A stretch of 63,787 nt of DNA, filler included, from Octopus bimaculoides (GCF_001194135.2; 5 parts of 5 records of this genome joined end to end with filler, not necessarily neighbours in it), one strand, 5' to 3'. Positions 49,925 through 63,110 are shown, numbered from the whole stretch's first letter. A program made the numbers and translations. Notes: generated from the letters alone by a model not told the origin.

Positions 49925-50110
49925 CTGCTACCTAAGAGGTTGAATAATATTGGAATTGAAAAATGCATTGTTGACCTGCAGAAAAATGTAATCATGTATT
50001 CTGCAAGAATCTTGAAAAAGATTTTTGAGTTTTAAGGAGACTGTTGTCACCAAACCACAAGGCATTTCTTCTAACTAAATTAGTATGTAATACCTTAATA
50101 AATAAATAAA
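49925..50110 (+). mobile_element. 3' end of an R4/Dong-like LINE with (TAAA)n tail
   Basis: IVDLQKNVIMYSARILKKIF* resembles LQK..LLG.A.ILR..L*, followed by a short UTR and TAAA repeats. Confidence 0.55.
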
Positions 50111-50347
50111 TATATAAATAAATAAATAAATATATAAATAAATAAATATATAAATAAATGAATAAATAAATAATGATAATAGTTATAACAACATCCATTC
50201 ATGAATTAATTTATTTATTAATTTTTTTTACATACATATTTTACCTGTGAATTTGCATGTGTAAACTGGGAATGTATACAATGAGCTTCTCTGCCCTAGG
50301 TGTACGGAAAATGGAAGAAAATTTGAAGAAAGAAGAAAAAAAACAAC

Positions 50348-50394
<47 letters not shown>

Positions 50395-50409
50395 GATGAT
50401 GATGATGAT

Positions 50410-50530
50410 GATAATAATGAGGCTATAACCGAGGGACAAAATGTAACGATTCTTTGGGACTTTCCAGTTCATACAGACCAAACCATCAAAGCTAATAAAC
50501 CAAATATTGTTGTGAAAGACCAAAACTTTT
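50410..50530 (+). mobile_element. R4/Dong-like endonuclease fragment after an (AAT)/(GAT) run
   Basis: VTILWDFPVHTDQTIKANKPNIVVKD, cf. ILWDMPIHTDKEIKANRPDIVV at 23720-23790. Confidence 0.7.
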
Positions 50531-51460
50531 CCAATCGCATGTAAACCATGAGTTTATCCTGCATGCAAGCCCCAATTTCAACCAAACAGAACTCATTGTT
50601 CACTTGATAAGTTCCAGAAAGTTCTTTCAGCGACAATCTTAAAAACAGACACTTTAAGCATGAAAAACCCAAGAGAATTGGGACCTTAATTGTTACCATC
50701 TTTGGCGAATTCTTCTCTCATAGCTGTTTTCACAGCTCTGTACCAACTTGGAGATGGATGAAGACTCAACACAGCTATATGTTTTTACAATGATGTGAAA
50801 TATCAGCTTAATTATCAATTATCTATTAAAGGCCTTCAGCATCTATAAAATATGATGTTTATATAAGACTGACTGTATTTTCATGAAACCATGTGAAAAA
50901 ATGCAGCAATAAATGTATATAAACTTACCTTTGTAATAATGAGCACTACAAAACCAACCTAATCTCTTGAACCCCTTGACGATCCCTATGTTATATATGA
51001 AGCACAGTGTCATATGTAATGTTTTCTTTTGAATCATTAGTGGCCAGAAAATCGTTGATATACATGTGAAATATCTGAAGTAATAATTAGGTCAATAGTT
51101 GTAGTATGTATACAAAGAATAAAGATAATAAAAATTAAAATCAACAAATGTCTTGTATAATAATGACATTTGACACAAACAATTCTGCTAATCCGCCACT
51201 TAATGATTGTTTCTAACATAAGTATAAAGCCTGAAATTGACAGTGGTGGAGTTAACTGATGCTATCAAACCCAGCGTTTGATTGGTACTTTACTTTATTG
51301 ACCTTGTAAGGGTGAATAATGAAGTTTAGACACAGAACATGTTCTGTAAAGTATTTTTTCCAATGTTGTAACAATTCTGCCAGCTTGCACCTGTAATAAC
51401 AACAACAACAACAACAACAACAATGATAATAATAACAACAATAATAATAATAATAATGAT

Positions 51461-51679
51461 AATCCTTTCTACCATTGGCACAAGGCCTGAAATTTTGGGG
51501 GGAGGGTGCTAGTTAATTATATCGACCCCAGTGCTCAACTGATACTCATTTCATTGACTCCAAAAAGATGAAAGGCAAAGTTGACCATGGCAGAATTTGA
51601 ACTAAGAATGTAGCAGCAAACAAAATATTGCTAAGCATTTTTCCCAGACTGCTAACGATTCTGCCAGCTCACTGCCTTA
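51461..51679 (-). mobile_element. SINE family A, decayed
   Basis: Reverse complement colinear with 11931-12150. Confidence 0.8.
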
Positions 51680-51817
51680 ATAATAATAATAATAATAANN
51701 NNNNNNNNNNNNNNNNNNNNNNNNNNNNNNNNNNNNNNNNNNNNNNNNNNNNNNNNNNNNNNNNNNNNNNNNNNNNNNNNNNNNNNNNNNNNNNNNNNTA
51801 TATATATATATATATAT

Positions 51818-52048
51818 GCAAATAAGTAACAAGGATGTCCAGGTATTAGTGCATTACAGCTGTTTCAAACAGCTCCATTTAATCAATCGATGCAAGCATT
51901 ACATCAATTTGAAATAAACCACTCTCCTCGGATGCATGAGAGCAGTTTATTTCAAGTTGATGTAATGCTTACATTGATTGATTAAAAGGAGCCACTCGAA
52001 ATGGTCATAATGCACTAATACCTGAACATCCTTGTTTTACTTATTTGC
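51818..52048. repeat. About 230-bp fold-back palindrome (MITE-like)
   Basis: GCAAATAAGTAACAAGGATGTCCAGGTATTAGTGCATTA..AAGCATTACATCAATTTGAAATAAAC vs GTTTATTTCAAGTTGATGTAATGCTT..TAATGCACTAATACCTGAACATCCTTGTTTTACTTATTTGC. Confidence 0.9.
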
Positions 52049-52131
52049 TTTTTATTCACCTAACTTTGAGCTGTGCAGACAATACCAAACTGACTTATTA
52101 TCTCAACTTAAGTACCTAATTCAACTGAATC

Positions 52132-52166
<35 letters not shown>

Positions 52167-52169
<3 letters not shown>

Positions 52170-53383
52170 TGGGTCATCCCATGTGGGTTTTTTTTTAATT
52201 GCATGAACTAAAAGTAGGAGGGAAAAGGGATAAACTACCTGCATCAACTTGCTATGAAAACAGGTAGTAATTTTACCTTGTACTTATTCTTAGTGCTAAA
52301 TTGGAAGAGTGCAGTTCAATTTTAACAGCTATTTTTTCAAACCTAAAATGGAATTGATAAAGGAACATATTCAGCATATTTAAATAAAGGCAATAATGTG
52401 CAAAGAATATTAATGCAGAATATTCATAAGCCAGTGTCAACAATAGTTCCAGAAATTCCGAGCTGGAAACTATAGCCTAGAGGACAAGCCTCATCCTGGA
52501 AGATCTGGAGAGCTTGATGAGGATGTCCTGCAAACCTTGATGGAACAAAATTTTATCGTAACTGTTGAGCAGAGAAGATTGGATTTGGTCACTCAATCAT
52601 CCATTGACACCTGAGTGCCATCAGAAAAATCAGCAAATTGGGTTAATGAGTTCTTCACAAACTTTCCGAGTCTAATTACATGCAGAGAGTGAATGTGTGC
52701 TCTTCTTTGCTGTCATGTCTCACGATTGAACCTTTTTTGGACCGAATAGTAAATGGTGGCGAGAAATGGGTTCTCTATAAAAATGTCAAGCACCAAAAAC
52801 AATGGGTAGGGAAAGGAGAAACACTGGCATCCCAGGCTAAAGAAGGTCTTCACCCACATGAGGTGTTATCTGTTTGGTGGGATATGAACTTTTAAATCCA
52901 AACCAAATGATAACAAAAGAGATCTGCTATGGGTAGCTTGAACAGCTTAAGTCAGCGCTAGAAGAAAAACAACTATCTTTGGTTTCAAGATGAAAGGTGT
53001 TCTTTCAAAGGATAATGCTTGGCCACATACAGCAAAGATGACATTCCAAGGGCTAGAGCAGTTTGAATGGGAAACGATGCTCCACCTGCCACATTCGCCG
53101 GATATTGCCCCATCTGATTATCATTCATTCTGCAGTCTTCAAAATCATTTGGACGGAAAAAATATGAATTCTGTAGACAAGATCAGAACAGTATTGAAGG
53201 AGTATTTTGCATCATAGACAAATGGATTTTGTAAGAGGGACCTTGCAAGTCTACCAGATAGATGGAAGAGCATTGTAGAAAATGAAGGAGAGTATATTTT
53301 AGATTAAAAAAGAACTTTATCTTAATTTGGAAAAATAAAAGAAATATTAAAAGAAAATGCATTATTTATGAGATGACCTAATA
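52167..53383 (+). mobile_element. Near-full-length but inactive mariner DNA transposon
   Basis: TIRs TACTGGGTCATCCCAT.. and ..ATTATTTATGAGATGACCTAATA in TA context. Transposase remnants RIVNGGEKWVLY, DNAWPHTA, PHSPDIAPSDYH, ENEGEY; broken frames. Confidence 0.9.
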
Positions 53384-54471
53384 TATGTACACACACACAC
53401 ACACACACACACACATTCATATATATATTATAATTCCACTTAGGATACATATATGCTTTGGAGTAAAGCATCAGGTGAATATAGAGTGTAACATCAATTA
53501 ATAAATGACAAAACAACAAGAATTTCATTAGCTTTCAGGTGTTTTTGCTATTAGACATAGTGTACTCACAGTTGAGTGCTTATGTTTCTCTCACAAACAC
53601 ACAGTTATATATGAGTGTGTGTGTTTGTGTCTCCTCTTTATCTCATCATGTGATAATTCTAGATAAGCATCGTGATCATACCAGCATATAAGCAGTGCTC
53701 TTTTTTTCCAATTTTCCTTGAAAATGCAAGTGTCCAGGTGGAAATATTACCTTGCTTGGAAACAGGTGAGGGTTGGTGGTAGGAAGGGCTTCCAGCTGTA
53801 GAAAATCTTCCTCAAAGAATTCTGTCTGACTCATGCAAGTGGGTGTTAAAACAGCAATAATATAATATGTGTGTGTGTGTGTGTGTGTGTGTGAGTGTGT
53901 TGATGATTGCCTCATCTTGTCAGATGATGGCTGTCTGGTTTACTTTCATCCTTGTTGTATGTGTGCAAATATGACTTTACATGTCGCCATGCTTCCATTG
54001 CCATAGAACTGACTTAATAAAATGCAAAAATAGACCAAGAAATGAAATGACAGTGAGACATCTGCATGTCATTGAATTTAAGTAACAAGAGCCTGTACAA
54101 CACTCTCTGTCACTATAGTAGGTTCCAGTGACAAGCACTGCAAGATGACTGGTACTATCTTGACTGCAAGTTTTGTGTCAGAGTATTTTTCTCCTATATA
54201 TTCCGGAGAAGAGCAGGAGGAACAATGCCCTTTACTTTCACCACCTCTCCTGGACTGGGGAGATTGATACAGCTAATGGCTAGTGCACACATTTAAAAAA
54301 TTAGCATGAGTGGAGGTCTAGTTTATAATGCCAGAAACACAATGAGCTGTGCTAAAAGGTACCGGAGAAGTGGTGGTGTTAAATAAGGTAGTAGGTTAAA
54401 ATTAGCACCCAAAAGATGAAAGGCAAAGTCAAACCTAGCAGTGCTGGGATCCCATTGAAGGACAGGACAAA

Positions 54472-54691
54472 ATATTGGTTTCAAATTTTGGCACAAAGCC
54501 AGCAGTTTTGAGGAAGGGGCTAAGTCAGTTACATTGACTTCAGTGTCCAACCGGTACTTATTTTATTAACCTAGAATGGATGAAAGGCAAAGTTGACCTC
54601 AGTGGAATTTGAACTCAGAATGTAAAGATAAATGAAATGCTGCTAAGCATTTTACCTGCCGTACTAACAATTCTGCTACCTCACTGCCTTA
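54472..54691 (-). mobile_element. SINE family A variant, tail type 3
   Basis: Starts ATATTGGTTTCAAATTTTGGCAC, ends CTCACTGCCTTA. Confidence 0.8.
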
Positions 54692-55717
54692 ACAGGGCAA
54701 AAATATTGAAATAAAGTTAATCAACTTTCAAGTGTTTCTGTCACAGCCATTTACAATAATAACAATTCTTTCTGCTACAGGGATAAGGTCTGAAATTTTG
54801 GTGGATGTGGTACTTATTTTATTGACCTGATGGATGAAAGGGGAAGTTGATCTTGATGGTATTTGAACACAGAATGTACAGACAGACAAAATGCTGCTTA
54901 CCTTTCTAGAACCTTCAAAGCCTTAACTGCAATAATATTGCAGCAAATATATTAACATCTGGAAAAACAATCTGTTTCCTCAAAAACAGAATGGATGCTA
55001 TAATGGGTCAAATGGATGTAAAGATCAATTACTGATTAATAAAGCTATAAGTAAAGGCTACAGAGCAAAAAGAAATGATCTGAGCATGACATGGATTGAC
55101 TAGCAGATGAATTTTGATAGACTTTTCTACACATGGATCTTAGAACCAATAATAAGAAAACATGTGAAACCTATCATGAGTAAATGGCAAACAATTTTAC
55201 AAACACAGACAAAAGAGGAAATTGAAAACCTAAACCCAACTCTCTTTTCAGAGAGTTGGGCTTAGTTTTTACAATTCTTCATGGAAGACTTCCTCTCTTC
55301 ACACATACATACTTTAAGGAAGACTTCTTCTCTTCACTCTCTTTCTATTTGCTATTGATATCTTTAAACAAAACATGAATCAGGACAGGATTTGGATACA
55401 AATGCTAAGGTAAAAGAATGAGCCAGATTTTGTTTATGGATGACCTCACTTATATGCTGCAGAGGATAAACACTACTCCAGATAGTACATGGATTAACCA
55501 AATAAACTGATATAAGATTCAAATTAGAATATGCATCAAAAGGTGAAAATTAATTATGAACATCCATGCTAAAGAAAGAAACTAAGACAAAAGAATTAGA
55601 CCAAACACACACACACAAATACTTAGGAATCAAAGAACTAGACAATGTACAACACACACAAATGAAAGAAAAGATTAGGAAGGAACATTATAAATGAAGA
55701 AGATAAATACTTAAAAT

Positions 55718-55809
55718 AGAATAAGATAATGGGTAATAATTTACTCAAAGAATAAGATAATGGGTAATAATTTACTCAAAGAATAAGATAATGGGTAATA
55801 ATTTACTCA
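55718..55809. repeat. Three tandem copies of a 31-bp unit inside the Dong LINE
   Basis: (AGAATAAGATAATGGGTAATAATTTACTCAA)x3, no spacers. Confidence 0.9.
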
Positions 55810-56554
55810 CAGCCCCAGTAATAAATTATACTATCACTTTCTCATTTGGATGCTAAATGAATAAGCAACAATAAACAGGAAAACAAGAAAAATGATAACT
55901 GCATTTAGAATATATAATCTAAAACCTGATGTTGAAAGATTATTTTTACCATGAATATATGGGAGATAGGGGCTTTATGCAACTAGAAAAATATTACAAA
56001 GTATTGACAGAAGAACTACAAAGTTACCATATAAAGAATAATGGAAAACTAACAGACATAAAAAGCATAAACAAGAAAACCAACAAATATAAAACAGACT
56101 GCAATAGCATATATGGTATGAAGAAAAAGAACAGCAACAAAAATTGTAAAAAGATCAAAATTTTAGCAAAAAATAGGGATACAAGATACCATGATAAAGC
56201 AACAGCAAGAGAAAAATATCCCTTCCACGGCCAATACCTAAAATATTTGAACAGCATAGAAGTAGTGAAGAAAAATTTGCAACACTAAGAGGCACAGAAC
56301 AAAACTGAAACAGAAGGATTCTTGATGTGGCATAGGACCAAAGCCTCCTCTCACCAGAGACCCACCCCCACCCAAAGCATGTAATGAAGTAGAATACAGT
56401 AACTACAGAAGATGTGGAGATAGAAGAAACAATTTATCACATTGTCTCTGGCAGTCCAATCTTTGCCAAGAAGTCATGATAAAAGTATAGCTTACATATA
56501 TTGGAAATTTCACTAGCATTATGAAGTACCAACATAAAAGATGTGGTTTAAGCA

Positions 56555-58403
56555 AGCAGCAGGACGATTTTTGACTCTTTCCAATTGTGATGGTATTTTC
56601 CCTTTGTCCAGATGGTGACTAAATTGTTTGGCAAAGATTTTCCAAAACTGCTCTCCACCTGACTTCAACATTTCAGATGTTATGCCATCTTTCCCTGATA
56701 CTTTTCCATTTTCTATCAAATTGACAGCCTTTTCAACTTCACTAATGTGAATGGGTGGTACACTTTCCTTCCTTTGGAGTGACGATAATGGTTCAGTCCC
56801 CACAACCAACTTGAAAAGTTTAAGATAAAAATCTTCATAGATCTTTTGAACCTCACTTTTTTCATTGACTGGATCACCATTTGAGTTCTTGAGTGATGTC
56901 ACCTTCAATCTGTAGAATGCCATCTCCCTCTCACACTTCTTAGGGCTCTTTCTTTCTTTAGCAGCCTTTCAGAGCTTTTCTGTATGATATTTCTTGAAGT
57001 CTTTCATCAGCTGTTGACGTATCACCCTACAGAGAATGGAATATTCAAGGTGGTCTTCTGCAGTCCTCTTCATGTTCTTCTCCAGCAGTTTCTTTATCTC
57101 CTCCAAGATTCTTCCCTTCTGCTCATTTGGACTTGCCTCTTTCACATTCCTCAAGCACTCTTACAGTTTCTTGATCAGTGAGACATAATCTTCATCTATG
57201 CTGTCAATTTGACACCAAAATAAGAATGGAGATAATGAAGATCTGAAGAATTATCGTCCCATATGCTTCTTGTCCCAAATATACAAGCTGTTCATGAAGA
57301 TAATCCTAAACCAATTATCACAACATCTAGATGAACAACAACCATAGGAACAAGCAGGTTTTCAGAAGAATTACAGCACAAAAGATCATATATTCACTCT
57401 GACCCAATTGTTGGAGTGAGCAAAAAAATACAGACTGCCTCTGTGTGTCATGTTTGTGGTCTATGAGAAGGCCTTCGAAAATGTCAAGATCAACACCAAT
57501 CTCTGCTGTTCTCACTCATAAGAGTACTGGTGGAGAAGAGTATCAAACAACGAGACACCATCTCTCTGAAACTCTTCCCCTTGTGTCTCAATCAGATCAT
57601 CACAGACATCAACTGGTGAGGTGGTTTGATCATTAACAGCAAGCCATTGACTCACCTTCATTTCACCGATGACATTGTGCTCATCACTGAGACCACTGAT
57701 CAGCTGCAGATAATGCTGACAGAGCTGGACATCAGAAGCTTAGAAGTAGGCCTTGAAATAAACCGCATAAAACCAAATTTATGTGGTTCAAATATTCAGC
57801 AATAGGCCAAATAGTGATTGCGAGATAATAAAATAGAGAAGTGGAGGAATACATCTACCTTGGATAAGAGGTGAGTATGCACCGAGACATGGTGAAAGAG
57901 ATCTCGCAGAGAATAAGAGCTAGATGGAAAGTGTTCAACTCCATTAAAGATGTGCTCAAATGAAAGCTGGATAGGACCACTTGTGCCAACTTCTTCAACT
58001 GCACAGTTTAACCTGCTATTTTGCATGGAAGTGAAGCCTGGGCCATGATGAAGAGAAAGGAGCAGAGGTAAATAACTGCTCAAAGAGTTATGGCAAGATT
58101 GATGCTGGGAGTTTCACTAAAAGAGCACATCTAGAGCAAAGAAGAGAGAAATCTGGCATGAGAGACATCTTCACCAAACACAGAAAGCAGAAGGTGAGAT
58201 GGATTGAACACATTGCTTGATTCACCAACAATCAGTGAACTCATACAGTTGTCAAGTGGTATCTGTGTGAGTAGAAGAGGCTACTCAGAAGGCTTCCAAA
58301 ATGGTGGGTTAATGAAATATGACAAATGTTTGAGCTATGTGGATGAGGAAAGCATGATCCAGAGAGACATGGGCAGTCTGGTTGGTCAATGTGATCAAGG
58401 TGA
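56555..58403. mobile_element. RTE-clade LINE with inverted 5' segment (56555-57215 minus; 57216-58403 plus), TSD TAAGCA
   Basis: Minus part: ..GKVSGKDGITSEMLKSGG..GKIPSQ(W)KESK..; plus part: ..GDNEDLKNYRPICFLSQIYKLF..QAGF..FTDDIVL..YIYLG..HGSEAW. TAAGCA at 56549-56554 and 58404-58409. Confidence 0.85.
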
Positions 58404-59039
58404 TAAGCATGCACCTGAAAAGGTCTCTGAGAATAACAAAGTGACCATTCTTTGGGACATACAAATACATACAGACAGTGTGATCAAGGTTAACTGATGA
58501 GATATTGTTGTCAAGGATCACCAAGGAACACTGAAGTATCAATCCTAACAGATGATAATGCCTGTCTCAAAGAAATGGAGAAATTATTAAAGAATAAAGA
58601 TCTGGAAATAGAGATAACCTGAATGAAAGGCCTGAAAACAAAAATGATCCCTAACATAATAGTTGGCTTGGGAATGATGAAAAAAAAAAGAACAATCCCA
58701 GGACTTTAAAAAATGCATAACACATAGAAGTATCAGTTCAACATACTGTACATAGCCAACGCACACAGAGTTGTGCTTGGTAGTGCAGCAAATGCAAGCA
58801 AGAAGACTTACAACAGTTATCTAATTTAGGTAAGTACAAGGCCAGGCATTTTTGGATTGTGAATGTATACTAACCTCAGTCCTTCATTAGTAATAATTGA
58901 TTCTTAAAGAATGAATGGTAAAGTCCAACTCAGTGGGATACTGAATTCTGCATTGGTATAATCTAATGTTTTGTAGGATAGATAGTGGTACGATGAGTGA
59001 AAGCATCACCTCTATAGCAACGATAATAATTTTATTAGC

Positions 59040-59393
59040 AACTAGCAGAGATACCCGGCGTTGCCCGTGTTACATGCAATTGAAAAATGAGACTTTTCTG
59101 TTATATTTTCTGTAAGGAACTGGAATACATACGATTCGAATTTCATCAAAATTGCACATGAGGGTTCTTTCCCTCTTTACACACCCTAAAAAAATTCTAA
59201 TCATGAGACATGTATCCCATACTATTGATCTTTATGTGCATATTCCAAAATTTCAGTCTTCTGGAACCTGTAAAAAAGATTTTGCTTCTGCAAAATGGAG
59301 CTCATGGAGCTCTAAAATGTGGGAATGAAGGCCCCTATTGGGGGTGGGGGTGTTAATGTCAACCAGAGAAGTTNNNNNNNNNNNNNNNNNNNN
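59040..59393 (+). mobile_element. Possible non-autonomous Helitron/Helentron-like element (5' part)
   Basis: Begins ACTAGCAGAGATACCCGGCGTTGCCCGTG, resembling ACTAG..CCCGGCG..GC.CG starts of non-autonomous helitron families. The 3' end is lost in a gap. Confidence 0.4.
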
Positions 59394-60149
59394 NNNNNNN
59401 NNNNNNNNNNNNNNNNNTTAATTAATTAANNNNNNNNNNNNNNNNNNNNNNNNNNNNNNNNNNNNNNNNNNNNACCAAATTTTTCTCTAATCCTTAGCAA
59501 TATGAGTTTACATATTCACCTATATACACATTAATCTATGCATACTATATGTATATATTCAAGTCTGTGCTTGTAAATTAACGTGAATCCTCACAAAACT
59601 TTTAATCCTTAGCAAGATGATTTCATATATATATATATAAAACGTTTGTTTCCTTTTTCTTCCTGCCAGTTTTAGGTTCTTGGTAAGTTTTATTGGTTTG
59701 ACCAAAAACATGAATTATATATTTTGTATCTTTCCACAATTTTTTTTCTTTTTTTTTTTTATGCCATTTTGTAAACGTGTATTTGTTTTTTGAAACTTAT
59801 GATCTTCAGCCAATGCTATAGGAGCATTCTGATTTTGTGGATTAATTGGGATCTTTGACCTGATTTTTGTAGTTCCTTGGTAATTAAGAGGGGTTTTTTT
59901 GTTTTTTTTTTAAGTGTAAGATTTAATTAAAAATAAATATAACAAGAAAACAAATTCCCTATTGCACCATAATTGTACACATGCATGGTTTATATATTCA
60001 AGATATTGACTTGACAGTCATCGAGATGTGGGTTTTGATCCCTCTGTGCAAATCTTTGGTCAAATGATGTAGATGAAAAGGAGGATACAAAAGTGGAAAG
60101 AAATGATTGGGTATGATTGTTTGGATGCTGGTGATTTGGCATTGCTGAC

Positions 60150-60348
60150 TGATGTTAGTGCCACATAAAAATCGCCCAGTACTCTCTGTAAAGTGGTTGG
60201 CATTAGGAAGGGCATCCAGCTGTACAAATCATGCCAGAACAAACAATTGGGGGCATGGTGCAGCTCCCTGACTTGCCAGCTCCTCTCAAATCGTCCATCC
60301 GATGCTAACATGGAAAACGGACGTTGATGATGATGATGATGATGATGA
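60150..60348 (+). mobile_element. 5'-truncated RTE-type LINE 3' UTR with (GAT)n tail
   Basis: TTAGGAAGGGCATCCAGCTGTA..CGTCCATCCGATGCTAACATGGAAAACGGACGTTGATGATGAT. Confidence 0.8.
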
Positions 60349-60634
60349 CTGGACATTGAGTCTGTTTTGGTTACGTTACTTTTTGGCACTGGAGGTTAAA
60401 CGTGTGTGTAGAAATGTATGCATACAGATAGAGAGACATTACAGTTTATTAATTGAACATGATGGGCTTAAAGATCTTCCCCTCTCCTCTTACACAGAAA
60501 GGGAAATCTGCTCATAAACTGAGAAAGAGAGAGAGAGAGAAAAAAAGAGAAATTATAATTAATTGAACAGAAATGACATAAATCCTTTCCCTCTCCTCAG
60601 ACACAGAAAGAGAAGTATACTCGCTCCTCTTTCA

Positions 60635-60950
60635 AGCGTTGGGCCTCACGGAGGCAATGACATATCACCGAGATCTTTGATTATATTGCCATGCTTGAGA
60701 AGAAGACCCATCGAGGCAAGTGAAATCGTAGTCGTGGCAGATACTGGTGTCATGCATGCTGGCACCTGTGCCGGTGGCGCGTAAGAACACCCACTACACT
60801 CGGAGCGGTTGGCATTAGGAAGGGCATCCAGCCATAGAAACCATTGCCAGATCAGACTGGAGTCTGGTGCAGCCCTTCAGCTTACCAGCCCCGGTCAAGC
60901 TGTCCAACTCATGCCAACATGGGCAACAGATTTTAAATGATGATGATGGT
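60635..60950 (+). mobile_element. 5'-truncated RTE-type LINE including the last ORF codons
   Basis: TTGGGCCTCACGGAGGCAATGAC..GAGAAGAAGACCC (LGLTEAMT..) is homologous to the ORF end LGLAKAMTSDRDHW at about 48130-48200. Confidence 0.8.
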
Positions 60951-61144
60951 ATAAAACAGAGAGGAAGGCATTACAATTTTATTAATTCAACTTGATTGAC
61001 ATATAAAGGCTTCCCCTCTCCTCACACACACACACAGAGAAACAGAGGGAGAGAAATTAGAATTTATTGATTGAACACAATTGACATGAATTATGCTCAC
61101 ATGAAAACAGGGCGGGAGGCAAAGTACAATTTATTAACCAAACC

Positions 61145-61298
61145 TGAGTGGTTGACGTTAGGAAGGGCATCCAGCTGTAGAAACTCTGCCAAATTTAGAT
61201 TGGAGCCTGGTGTTGCCATCCGGTTTCACCAGTCCTCAGTCAAATCGTCCAACCCATGCTAGCATGGAAAGCGGACGTTAAACGATGATGATGATGAT
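61145..61298 (+). mobile_element. 5'-truncated RTE-type LINE 3' UTR
   Basis: Ends GCATGGAAAGCGGACGTTAAACGATGATGATGAT. Confidence 0.85.
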
Positions 61299-62150
61299 TG
61301 CCATCATAATCATAAACAGAAATAGGCTCACACACATTAACACAGAGAGAGAAACATTGAAACATCTGATGTCAACTGATAAGTCGGCGTTGACTCAGCG
61401 ATGCTGAAAAAGTGGCACCAAAATGGCTCTGCCCTTGTGCTTGTGCAAAAGCCCTTCAGTTGGTCTACACCCCTCTTTTAATGGGCTCAGCCTTGTGACA
61501 GTGCACAAGTAAAATGTTGAGGATTGTTGAATGTCCTGTAACATCAATTCGTGTCCAAAATCTCGAGAATTTAGACTTTTTTCATTTAATTTTTAATTAT
61601 TTCTAATATTTACATTAATATTTCGCATGTCAAATTTTTTTTGGGTTTTTTTTTTTTGTATATATTTGTATTTATGATTTATAAATAAAAAAAATAGCAA
61701 TTATAGTTTTGTGTATAATTAAGAAAGCATGTAATAAGTATGGATGAGATGGTGGGTGCTGGAGGCAATTGGTAATTAATTTAATACAAGTTAATTATTG
61801 GTTAATTATATATATATATTTTTTTTTTTTTCGATGATCCCTTAAAAATTATGTTATAAAACAAATAAAAAAGAAAAATAAGTTTAAGTAAAGTTTGTTG
61901 TCTAATTTCGTATTTCATGAATAATTAGTCAAATACTAATAGCTTTTGTAATTAGAGTAAAAAAAGATAATAATAATGAAGAGACAAAAAATGCAATTAT
62001 TTCCATAATTATCTGAAACTTGCTGTTTCTGTAATCTCTTCAATATGCTTTCTTCAAAATTTAGTGAAGGTTCGTTTTAAATTAGTATAAAAGCAATAAT
62101 TAAAATAATCATTAAAGTGTTAATAACACTGAGTATGTGTGTGCATATAC

Positions 62151-62184
<34 letters not shown>

Positions 62185-62746
62185 GCACAGATATATATAC
62201 GTAGATAAATGTATGTACATATGTATATATACATATATTTATATATAAGAAACATAAAAAAAATAAAAACAACAAACCTACATAAAAAAAAATATCGAAC
62301 TCTATGCATGATTCAAAGACCAGATGTAACTAGATTTTTTGCTTTCACATATTTAACCTGAAGTCATCAAGCGCCACTATGATGGCCCGACTGCTTGGCT
62401 GTGTAAGAAATCACCGCACGTATATTGCGTAAGTACACACAGATTGGCAAGTTTTTGCCTTTCTGACCTCTTTTTTTCATCCTCATATATTATTGTTATT
62501 CTTCTTCTTCTTATTATTATTATTATTAATTTAAAAAAAAAAAAAGGAAGACCTGGTAGTCAATATGTATGTATGTATGCATATATTTTTTTTATTATTA
62601 TTTAAGAAAAAATAAAAAAAAAAGATTTTTGTATATGGCAGTGAGNNNNNNNNNNNNNNNNNNNNNNNNNNNNNNNNNNNNNNNNNNNNTTAATTAATTA
62701 ANNNNNNNNNNNNNNNNNNNNNNNNNNNNNNNNNNNNNNNNNNNNC

Positions 62747-62929
62747 ACACACACTCGTGCGGGTGACACGTAAAAGCACCCACTACACTCTCTGAGTGGT
62801 TGGCGTTAGGAAGGGCATCCAGCTGTAGAAACTCTGCCAGATCAGATTGGAGCCTGGTGCAGCCTTCTGGCTTGCCAGTCCTCAGTCAAATCGTCCAACC
62901 CATGCTGGAATGGAAAGCGGACGTTAAAC

Positions 62930-62965
<36 letters not shown>
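62747..62965 (+). mobile_element. 5'-truncated RTE-type LINE 3' UTR with long (GAT)n tail
   Basis: Same family, little diverged. Confidence 0.85.
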
Positions 62966-63110
62966 AGTTGAAGTTTACAGAAAGACAAAAGACGAAGACA
63001 GGTGTATGAACAACAAGCAAGTGTATTAGTTTGACGCTAGGGAAGGTGTAAAAGTATTGTTTCGAGCCTACACGCTTCAACAATAAGAGAAATTAAACGG
63101 AGAGAGAATA
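62966..63110 (-). mobile_element. Penelope-like pLTR fragment (family of 4020-4170)
   Basis: Reverse complement TGTTGAAGCGTGTAGGCTCGAAAC..TAGCGTCAAACTAATACACTTGCTTG..CATACACCTGTCTTCGTCTTTTG. Confidence 0.6.

Larger units (their letters stand above)
54955..58800 (+). mobile_element. Decayed R4/Dong LINE (RT to endonuclease) interrupted by an RTE insertion at 56555-58403
   Basis: GCYNGSNGCKDQLLINKAI..LSMTWID; LFMDDL; YLGI; GDRGFMQLE; KTETEGF; after the insert KHAPEKVSENNKVTILWDIQIHTD..KDLEIEIT. Confidence 0.85.

Noticed and set aside
52167-53383. Active or domesticated mariner transposase
   Set aside because: Multiple stops and frameshifts and altered catalytic motifs (GGEKW); no intact ORF. 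The same holds for every TE in the window.
55718-55809. 31-bp repeat as a CRISPR-like array
   Set aside because: Direct tandem copies without spacers inside a eukaryotic LINE; simple slippage duplication.
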